From positions 1 through 43,624 of the IMG/VR virus record IMGVR_UViG_3300035105_000248: a stretch of DNA of 43,624 nucleotides; one strand, given 5' to 3'. The notes beneath the pieces were generated by a model, which searched no databases, was not told where the DNA came from, and saw nothing but the letters and a program-made list of their open reading frames with translations. The translations under genes were made by a program, and so were the position numbers. This document shows positions 36,271-43,525 of the stretch, one piece after another. This stretch comes from a virus. Lineage: Duplodnaviria; Caudoviricetes. How positions within the stretch are numbered: the first letter of the stretch is position 1; every line of letters starts with the position of its first letter.

Positions 36271-36474
36271 ATGGAATTTAGTAGAAAAAACAGTAAAAAT
36301 GGTATCTTTTGTTCAGCAAAAGATGAAGAGTTGGAAGTTTCTTGGAGTTTCTTTATAGGACTTGATGGTACTATAAAGAAAAATAACGGTGTAGAATACG
36401 ATTATCAAGTATTCTGTAATGAGTTTTATGAAGTGTTTGGTGAGAGTTTGCCTGCACTTCTTAGGCAAAATTAA
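36271..36474 (+). CDS. Hypothetical early protein
   Basis: Likely start ATG 36271 after GGAGG; 67 aa. Confidence 0.7.
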   Translation: MEFSRKNSKNGIFCSAKDEELEVSWSFFIGLDGTIKKNNGVEYDYQVFCNEFYEVFGESLPALLRQN

Positions 36475-36483
36475 TAATAGGAT

Positions 36484-36506
36484 GGAGACTTCGGTCTCCT
36501 TTTTTT
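36484..36506 (+). terminator. Intrinsic terminator
   Basis: GGAGAC-TTCG-GTCTCC followed by T7. Confidence 0.9.
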
Positions 36507-36543
36507 GTTTCTTATTATCCAAATTACGGAAGTATTAAAACAC

Positions 36544-36640
36544 CCCAACCGAAAACTGGAAACCATACCATATTGGGTTCCATACCATAATGGATTCCAT
36601 TCCATATTGGGTACTGTTCCATAATGGGCACCGTACCATT
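36544..36640. repeat. Third copy of cccaaccgaaaactgga.accatacca plus four CCATAWTGG palindromes at a 17-bp period
   Basis: Palindromes start at 36568, 36585, 36602 and 36619. Confidence 0.9.
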
Positions 36641-36873
36641 TTATTGTAAATATGACAAAAAGTGGAAGGTTTGACGGTTTTTGGTTATGTGTGTTTAAAA
36701 GCTTTAACGGCTTTATTTGATGGTATTCGGTCCAGATGGCCCATAGGGGGAACGTATCTTCTATAAAGCAAAAAGTGGAATACTTGGCTTCTGGTGTGTT
36801 TAATGCATTTATTTGATGGTTTGATGGTTTTTAAGTTTTAAACCCCTATAGGGGGAACGTATTTATATGGTAC

Positions 36874-36955
36874 TTAATTGTATGGATAATGGTATATAGT
36901 GTTTAATTGTATGGATAATGGTATATAGTGTTTAATTGTATGGATAATGGTATAT
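36874..36955. repeat. 29-bp tandem repeat (~3 copies)
   Basis: ttaattgtatggataatggtatatagtgt. Confidence 0.9.
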
Positions 36956-37437
36956 GGATAGTGGTGTTTAATTTGGTTGGCAATACCCCTGGAAACGTAT
37001 ATATGTATTTATATTTATTTATGGTTATATTTGTTTTCCTCGGAACGTATATATATATGTATTTATATTTGTGTTTGTATTTATAAATCTCTGAAAGCGT
37101 ATAAATATATTTATACCTGGAAACGTATATATGTATTTATATTTGTTTACGGTTGTTTCTCTCATTCCTTATATGTTGTTTACGGTTATATTTGTATTTA
37201 TAACTCTATTCCCTTATAACAGTTTTATCCTTATGTATTTGTATCTACGGATTTTATGTTTGTTTCTCTACTCTTATATTTATATTTGTTTACGGTTTTA
37301 TATCTATATGGACAATGGAACTTTATTTTCTTCTTTATTAATAAGTATAATATTTTTTTATTTACGGGAAAATTTATAATTATGGAAATGGAAGATTAAA
37401 ATATTTCAAAAAGAATGGGTGGGGTAGCTATATGTTG

Positions 37438-37508
37438 CCAAAGAAATCCATTATTTTCCGTATAAAACCGAATAAAAACCTATCAATGCCATCCTGAAGT
37501 GATATACT
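37438..37508 (+). promoter_or_regulatory. Repeated promoter copy 2
   Basis: CCGAATAAAAA at 37468; TGA-TATACT at 37503-08. Confidence 0.75.
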
Positions 37509-37603
37509 GTATTTATAGCTAGGGATAGCTATATCTTTAATATAGAGAAACGTACGGTGTTTAAATTAAGTACTTTTTGGTACAATAACAAAGGAGGTGT
37601 GGG

Positions 37604-37840
37604 ATGGGTACTCTTACTGTGGAATTTATTTGTGAAGGTAAAAAAGAAGTTGTTTCGGTGTTTAAAGGAAAAATGTCAGAAGAGGAATTTTTTTGGAAAC
37701 TTCCTATGAATTTAGAAGTTCTTTGTTTATGGAGAACTTTTAGATTTCCTTTATGGCTTTTATGTCTTGAAATTTTTAAAGAATGTGGTTTTGATTTTTT
37801 AGATTATTTAGACAGTAAGAAATGGGATTATTTAAAATAA
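37604..37840 (+). CDS. Hypothetical early protein
   Basis: 78 aa, AAGGAGGT RBS. Confidence 0.65.
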   Translation: MGTLTVEFICEGKKEVVSVFKGKMSEEEFFWKLPMNLEVLCLWRTFRFPLWLLCLEIFKECGFDFLDYLDSKKWDYLK

Positions 37841-37851
37841 TGGAGGTAATT

Positions 37852-38328
37852 ATGGAAAAAATTCATTGTGAACAATATGGTAAACATATAGCAAACCTTG
37901 TTGATGGTAATTTTGTAGAAATATCAAATTGGGGTATGTCTGAAAATGAACATGAGTTATGTGCGGAATGTTGCAAAAAAGAAAATCAAAGAAAATTAGA
38001 GATAGAAGCAGCTAAAATAATGGAGGTAATTACTATGAAATATTATGTACAGTTTTTAACAACAAATGCTGAGGAGACGGGATTGATTGAGTTACTTGGC
38101 TCTGAGGGAGTATTTGTTCTTGATGGAAGGTTTAATGAACGTTCTATGCGGTGTGCTGCACAAGAACGGATGCACAAATTAAGGCATTTACATAGTATTA
38201 GTGGTTATAGGATTATGAAAGGTAATAAATTCAGTAACGGTGTTTGTATTTATGAATGGATTAGAAGTGGTTGTTTGATTCAACATAGAGATAGACATGA
38301 ATTGGAAGGAATTTTAAACGTAAAATAA
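37852..38328 (+). CDS. Hypothetical protein; apparent fusion of a Zn-finger-like ORF and a second gene starting at 38035
   Basis: GGAGG RBS before ATG 37852 and again before the in-frame ATG 38035. Confidence 0.65.
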   Translation: MEKIHCEQYGKHIANLVDGNFVEISNWGMSENEHELCAECCKKENQRKLEIEAAKIMEVITMKYYVQFLTTNAEETGLIELLGSEGVFVLDGRFNERSMRCAAQERMHKLRHLHSISGYRIMKGNKFSNGVCIYEWIRSGCLIQHRDRHELEGILNVK

Positions 38329-38336
38329 TATGGTAG

Positions 38337-38397
38337 CCAAAGAAATCCGTATAAATCCGAATAAAAAGCTATCAATACCGTCTAGGTTTGATATACT
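38337..38397 (+). promoter_or_regulatory. Repeated promoter copy 3
   Basis: CCGAATAAAAA at 38357; TGA-TATACT at 38392-97. Confidence 0.75.
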
Positions 38398-38498
38398 GTA
38401 GTTGTAGTTAGGGATAGTTGCGTACTTTTTATAGGGAAGAGTACGGTGTTTGGTAACTAAATAAGTACCTTTTGGTACAATAACAAAGGAGAAATAAG

Positions 38499-39011
38499 AT
38501 GGAAATGATTATTTGCAGAAACGAGATTAATTTGGTACAAGATAGAATTATTATATCAGAACAAATAAATAGTCATATGGAAGATGTTAAAAATCATGAT
38601 GGTATGAGTATTGAATTTTTCACTGTAGAAATGATTGGTGGAGATATTTATATCAATTATGGTGATGAAAGTATCAAAAAAGATGGTATGCCTTTGTATA
38701 AAATTAATAAAGATGTTTTTATTGCTATTGAAAGAGGTAAATGGAAAGTTTTGCAAAATACTGATGCTGTTTTTACAAGGATAGAAAATGAAAATGGCTT
38801 GAATTACAGATATATTGTCGGTTCTAAAAGTATGTTTGTTACGATTTACAATGTTTGGAATGATCGTGTGTTGTTGGATGAAAATTCCTCTCTTATGTGT
38901 TTCATTAATAATGATTTATCAAAAGCTTATAAATGGTCTGAATTTTGTGCGATATTTGAAGAAACTTTTGGTGAAAATTTTATTGATATTTTAGAATTAT
39001 TTTATTGCTAA
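38499..39011 (+). CDS. Hypothetical early protein
   Basis: 170 aa, AAGGAG RBS. Confidence 0.8.
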   Translation: MEMIICRNEINLVQDRIIISEQINSHMEDVKNHDGMSIEFFTVEMIGGDIYINYGDESIKKDGMPLYKINKDVFIAIERGKWKVLQNTDAVFTRIENENGLNYRYIVGSKSMFVTIYNVWNDRVLLDENSSLMCFINNDLSKAYKWSEFCAIFEETFGENFIDILELFYC

Positions 39012-39066
39012 AAAGAGTAATTAAAAACAATAAGCACTTCGGTGCTATAACAAAAAGGAGAATATC

Positions 39067-39654
39067 ATGGAACAAAAAACAATCACTGTGTATGAATACA
39101 TGGAATTATCTGAAACAGTAAGAGAAAGAATAAAATATGACTTGGTGGAAAATAGTATTGAAGTGACTATCGGAGATATACAACAACTATGGAAAGAAAA
39201 ACTTGAAAAAATGGGATTTATTAACCCTAAAATTCGTTCTGATGTATCTTTTAGTCAAGGTTCTGGTACAAGTTTCACTTTTGACGGCCTTGACGCTGAA
39301 CTTATAGAAAATACATTAGTTAGTTGTAATAAGTATGATAGTTATATTTTTATGTTTACAAAATGTTTACAGCAAGATTTAATTTCAGTTTCTGGTCAAG
39401 ATAAATTTTACAGATATGTACATGAAAACACGGTTAGCATTGATTGGGACACTAATCAGGAAATACCTGAAAAACTGGTTGACAGGATTGATTGGTTTAT
39501 TGAAAATTATCTTGAACCATTACGGTTAAGGATATGCCGGACAATTCACAGGACATTAGAAGACAATGTTTTAGCTTGCTATGAAGACGCTTTTATATCT
39601 GAGTTATGTACGGACAATGACTGGTTATTTACTGCAAACGGTAATGAGGTGTAA
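39067..39654 (+). CDS. Conserved acidic phage/MGE protein of unknown function
   Basis: 195 aa. VYEYMELSE...FSQGSGTSF...NDWLFTANG is a recurrent early-region family pattern. Confidence 0.75.
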   Translation: MEQKTITVYEYMELSETVRERIKYDLVENSIEVTIGDIQQLWKEKLEKMGFINPKIRSDVSFSQGSGTSFTFDGLDAELIENTLVSCNKYDSYIFMFTKCLQQDLISVSGQDKFYRYVHENTVSIDWDTNQEIPEKLVDRIDWFIENYLEPLRLRICRTIHRTLEDNVLACYEDAFISELCTDNDWLFTANGNEV

Positions 39655-39655
39655 T

Positions 39656-39901
39656 ATGGCACATATAATAGTTAGTTGGGAAATTGATTTTGAAACAGAA
39701 GATTTGGTTGAAAATAGTGAAAAGGTTTTAAATACTGAAATGGCAAAAAAAGCTGCTGAATTAGCTTTAAAATACATCACAGACCCTAATACGGAAGCTA
39801 GAGTTTTTAATGTCGAAACAAATGGTGAAGTTTTTGAAGTTGACTTGGTCTACAAAGAAATCCGTATAAAACCGAATAAAAAGCTATCAATACCGTATTG
39901 A
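39656..39901 (+). CDS. Hypothetical protein (WEID motif); C-terminus overlaps promoter repeat
   Basis: Likely start ATG 39656 after GAGGT; 81 aa. Confidence 0.7.
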   Translation: MAHIIVSWEIDFETEDLVENSEKVLNTEMAKKAAELALKYITDPNTEARVFNVETNGEVFEVDLVYKEIRIKPNKKLSIPY

Positions 39902-39912
39902 AGTGATATACT
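39862..39912 (+). promoter_or_regulatory. Repeated promoter copy 4
   Basis: CCGAATAAAAA at 39872; TGA-TATACT at 39907-12. Confidence 0.75.
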
Positions 39913-40002
39913 ATATTTAAGAGTAAGAAAAACTGTATCTTAAAAAAAGAGGTACGTTAAAAAAGAATAAGCATTTCGGTGCTATAACAAAGGAGAAACA
40001 TT

Positions 40003-40095
40003 ATGGACAACATTGTAGAAAAAATCGAATTAAAAAACAAACATTTTAACAACTCATTGGGCTTAATTAAGGAAGGTGTTAAGTATGGAGAGTAG
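40003..40095 (+). CDS. 30-aa peptide (MDNIVEKIELKNKHFNNSLGLIKEGVKYGE)
   Basis: Below the ORF-track cutoff. Preceded by the leader hairpin and AAGGAG RBS. Confidence 0.55.
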   Translation: MDNIVEKIELKNKHFNNSLGLIKEGVKYGE

Positions 40096-40258
40096 TGTGT
40101 GGTTATTAATTAACATACTCTTCACTATATTTTATGTCTTTTTATTTTTGCATGTGTGTGAAGAGAAACATGGTTTAACTGAGATAGCATTAATAACTAG
40201 AGTCAGTGTTGGTTTAATTGCTATCATACACAACATAATGGTTTTTATTTTAGTTTAA
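40085..40258 (+). CDS. Small membrane protein (two TM helices)
   Basis: 57 aa from ATG 40085; two hydrophobic stretches. Confidence 0.6.
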   Translation: MESSVWLLINILFTIFYVFLFLHVCEEKHGLTEIALITRVSVGLIAIIHNIMVFILV

Positions 40259-40285
40259 AAACCTACAACAACGGAGGAATTTATT

Positions 40286-40540
40286 ATGAGACTACAGACA
40301 GCTGGTGGAAATGAGCCTAAAAATCAAGAGATTATTCATGAAGAAGATGGTATAACTTTTGTGTCGTACGGCACTAAAATCGCTAAGAAAACTGATGACG
40401 GTAAAATATTACTAGATAAGCGTTTCTGGGATTATTCTGTAACTACTGGTCGTTATCGGAATCAGTTTCTTGGTGAGGGTATTGCTGACACAAGGAAGAA
40501 TATTAAAAACGGTGTGTATATACTAACTGATCTTAATTAA
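40286..40540 (+). CDS. Conserved small phage protein
   Basis: 84 aa. FVSYGTKIA...WDYSVTTGRYRNQFL is a recurrent phage early-gene pattern; GGAGG RBS. Confidence 0.8.
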   Translation: MRLQTAGGNEPKNQEIIHEEDGITFVSYGTKIAKKTDDGKILLDKRFWDYSVTTGRYRNQFLGEGIADTRKNIKNGVYILTDLN

Positions 40541-40598
40541 AAAAACTAAAAAGAGGGGACTGTTATGGTCTCCTTGATAACAACAAAGGAGATTTGTT

Positions 40599-40772
40599 AT
40601 GGAAAAAATTAATTATGAAATTACAATAGAAGGTCATGGTTGTATGTTGAATGACTATTTTAGGGGAACTACTGGTGTATGGTTAAATATACCTGTAGAT
40701 AAAAACTCTACTATGGTGGAATGTGAAGAATATCCTGTTCAAATAATAACTACTGAATTTGTGGAGGTATAA
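40599..40772 (+). CDS. Hypothetical 57-aa protein
   Basis: Manual translation MEKINYEITIEGHGCMLNDYFRG...; AAGGAG RBS. Confidence 0.65.
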   Translation: MEKINYEITIEGHGCMLNDYFRGTTGVWLNIPVDKNSTMVECEEYPVQIITTEFVEV

Positions 40773-40773
40773 T

Positions 40774-41265
40774 ATGATGTGGGATTTTAGTAAATATACT
40801 ATGGCTGAAAGATTAATACAAATAGATAAGATTTATAACGGTCTTAGGAGTATGGCAGGAGATTATTTTGTGGATATGACACAAAATAAACATGGTATAT
40901 ATAACGAAGTTACTTTATTTCGGATTATGAAAGAGGTACAAACAAGTTCTTATAACGGTACATATTATACTAAAAGAAGAAGTAAAGTAATAACACAAGG
41001 AGTTATTATTGACGACAAATTAGGTCTCATAACAAAACTGATTCCTGTACATAAAAGAATCAAAACAGACATTAATGAAGAGTATTTTAGGTTGGAACAG
41101 CTATTCTCATTTGAGACAAGAGCAAAAGTATGGGAGTTAGTTAAAAAGGTAGCAGATAAAGAAGAAGATATAGAAAAGTTTTATTATAATCTTATGTATG
41201 ATTTAGTAATAGAAGCGGAAGAACAAAAAGAAGTGCTAACTAGATTAATTAACACTTACATCTAA
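40774..41265 (+). CDS. Hypothetical protein
   Basis: Likely start ATG 40774 or 40777 after GGAGGT. Confidence 0.7.
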   Translation: MMWDFSKYTMAERLIQIDKIYNGLRSMAGDYFVDMTQNKHGIYNEVTLFRIMKEVQTSSYNGTYYTKRRSKVITQGVIIDDKLGLITKLIPVHKRIKTDINEEYFRLEQLFSFETRAKVWELVKKVADKEEDIEKFYYNLMYDLVIEAEEQKEVLTRLINTYI

Positions 41266-41282
41266 TATCGAAGGAAAATAAA

Positions 41283-41672
41283 ATGAGAAAATACAGATTA
41301 ATCACAAAAAATCTTAGTTTATCAAGATTGGATAGTTCTAAGGGATATATCATGGAAGAAGGTGTTTGGGTTGAACATACTTCGGATGAAATAATTATGG
41401 CTATCATTGAAGAAGCAAGCTGTTTTGAGCCTGCTTTTGATGAATATTTCGTTTTATATTTTCATGGTGACTTGTCTGGTATTAGTTTATGTGTTGATTA
41501 TTTTTCTGATGACGTGCCTGATAAAATTGTAGATAGGGTGGAAAATTGGTTATGGGAAAACACACAATGTGAATATGACAGAGAAATACTTCATAGAAAA
41601 TTTTTCTGGTATTCTGAATGGACAAGGAGAAATTACAGAACTTATATTAATGGATTAAATAATGAAAACTAA
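41283..41672 (+). CDS. Hypothetical protein
   Basis: 129 aa, AAGGA RBS. Confidence 0.7.
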   Translation: MRKYRLITKNLSLSRLDSSKGYIMEEGVWVEHTSDEIIMAIIEEASCFEPAFDEYFVLYFHGDLSGISLCVDYFSDDVPDKIVDRVENWLWENTQCEYDREILHRKFFWYSEWTRRNYRTYINGLNNEN

Positions 41673-41862
41673 AATAATTAATGAACTGAAAAGTGGAGAA
41701 TCAATTGTTCTTTTTGCAAAAGATTACAAAGTTCTTATGAGAACTATTGGCTCTTACATTAATCGAAAACAAATACCTGACACTATACGGTATAAAAAAG
41801 CTCAGGTAATTGTTGATGATGTTTTAACTATAGGAGTTTTGGTCACAAACATAAGTGAATAA
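41662..41862 (+). CDS. Hypothetical protein
   Basis: 66 aa overlapping the upstream stop. Confidence 0.6.
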   Translation: MKTKIINELKSGESIVLFAKDYKVLMRTIGSYINRKQIPDTIRYKKAQVIVDDVLTIGVLVTNISE

Positions 41863-41886
41863 CTATAATAACGGAGGAAATTTATT

Positions 41887-42864
41887 ATGGAACTAAAAAC
41901 AACTACAAATAAAATAATTTTAGACATGAGAGTTGAGTGCATAAAACATTTAATGGTTATCTGTATACAAGAAGAAAAATCATTATATAGTGCTGATCTT
42001 AGCGGTGCTAATCTTATTAATGCTGATCTTAGCGATGCTGATCTTAGAAGTGCTGATCTTAGCGGTGCTAATCTTATTAATGCTGATCTTAGCGATGCTG
42101 ATCTTAGTAATGCTGATCTTAGCAGTGCTGATCTTCGTGATGCTGATCTTAGCGATGCTGATCTTAGAAGTGCTGATCTTAGAAGTGCTAATCTTATTAA
42201 TGCTGATCTTCGTGATGCTGATCTTATTAATGCTAATCTTAGAAGTGCTAATCTTATTAATGCTAATCTTAGTAATGCTAATCTTAGAAGTGCTGATCTT
42301 AGCGGTGCTGATCTTCGTGATGCTGATCTTAGCGATGCTGATCTTAGAAGTGCTGATCTTAGCGGTGCTGATCTTAGCGGTGCTGATCTTAGCGGTGCTG
42401 ATCTTCGTGATGCTAATCTTAGTAATGCTGATCTTAGCGATGCTGATCTTAGTAATGCTGATCTTAATAATGCTAATCTTAGTAATGCTGATCTTAGCGG
42501 TGCTAATCTTAGAAGTGCTGATCTTAGCGGTGCTGATCTTAGCGGTGCTGATCTTAGTAATGCTGATCTTATTAATGCTGATCTTAGAAGTGCTAATCTT
42601 ATTAATGCTAATCTTCGTGATGCTGATCTTAATGGTGCTGATCTTGATTTTACTAGTTTACCCTTATCATGTAAGGGATTAGAAATAAAAATGGATAAAA
42701 GACAAATAATACAGTTGCTCTTTCATACTGCGTCAAATATGCAGTATTATTTGAAAAATAATACTGATCCTGTTTTGGAAGAAATTTATGATAGAATATA
42801 TAAAATACAGGATCAATTTCATAGAAAAGAAGAAGTCAAAGAATTGGACTGTATAAAAATTTAA
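41887..42864 (+). CDS. Pentapeptide repeat protein
   Basis: More than 40 A(D/N)Lxx repeats encoded by 15-bp units at ~41990-42650. Confidence 0.95.
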   Translation: MELKTTTNKIILDMRVECIKHLMVICIQEEKSLYSADLSGANLINADLSDADLRSADLSGANLINADLSDADLSNADLSSADLRDADLSDADLRSADLRSANLINADLRDADLINANLRSANLINANLSNANLRSADLSGADLRDADLSDADLRSADLSGADLSGADLSGADLRDANLSNADLSDADLSNADLNNANLSNADLSGANLRSADLSGADLSGADLSNADLINADLRSANLINANLRDADLNGADLDFTSLPLSCKGLEIKMDKRQIIQLLFHTASNMQYYLKNNTDPVLEEIYDRIYKIQDQFHRKEEVKELDCIKI

Positions 42865-42917
42865 AGAAGTTATTAAAAGAAACTATAATTGAATAACTAT
42901 AACAAAGGAGAAATAAG

Positions 42918-43523
42918 ATGGAACATAATTATCATTCAACAAACAATCAAAGAGTATTAGGTAAATTGGTAGACAGAGAAGTGATAGCTAATCAATCTTA
43001 TTTAGTAACAGAATTGTTAAAACATCATTATGATGAAGCAGAATGGACAAACGTGTATGTGGATAATTCAGAAGAAATGGAAGAATTAACAGAGATAAAA
43101 GATAAATATGAGTCGGCTATTTATTCTATAGAAGAAAAAATAGAAGAATATGCAGAAAAACTGGAAGAAGCTATTGAAAATAATAATTTTTCTGTACAGG
43201 AAAAATATAAAAATAAAATTGATATTCTAACTTCTGGGAAATCTACTGTGGAGGAAAGAATACTAGATACAAACGAACAAATTGAAGAACTAGAACGAGA
43301 GCAAGAAGAACCTAAAGAAGTATTCGAATGGTGGTTAGTTACAGGGTGGTTTGAGGAAAAACTAAAAAATTACGGTCAAGTATTCGTAGAAATATTTGGC
43401 GAAACTTGGTGGGGTAGAACCTGTACAGGACAGGCTATCCTGCTTGATTATGTTATAGGTAGAATAGGTGAAGATATGGAAATACTTGAAGGACAGAATA
43501 ATCATAAATTTTGGAGGGATTAA
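42918..43523 (+). CDS. Conserved phage protein with acidic coiled-coil insert
   Basis: 201 aa. EVFEWWLVT...WWGRTCTGQAI.LD.VI motif; AAGGAG RBS. Confidence 0.8.
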   Translation: MEHNYHSTNNQRVLGKLVDREVIANQSYLVTELLKHHYDEAEWTNVYVDNSEEMEELTEIKDKYESAIYSIEEKIEEYAEKLEEAIENNNFSVQEKYKNKIDILTSGKSTVEERILDTNEQIEELEREQEEPKEVFEWWLVTGWFEEKLKNYGQVFVEIFGETWWGRTCTGQAILLDYVIGRIGEDMEILEGQNNHKFWRD

Positions 43524-43525
43524 AA

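Noticed and set aside
36977-37379. Two Tyr/Ile-rich ORFs (80 and 82 aa)
   Set aside because: Low-complexity products of TA-rich repeats, with no SD, unlike all neighbouring genes.
32735-38756. Minus-strand ORFs in the early arm (e.g. 32735-32986, 34350-34560, 34971-35228, 35518-35800)
   Set aside because: They overlap plus-strand genes or repeat blocks and lack RBSs.
39067-39654. Toxin-antitoxin 'antitoxin' label recalled for similar proteins
   Set aside because: No adjacent toxin, and the label cannot be verified from the sequence.
41990-42682. 230-aa MLILAVLIL... ORF
   Set aside because: Alternate-frame shadow of the 15-bp pentapeptide repeat; no RBS.
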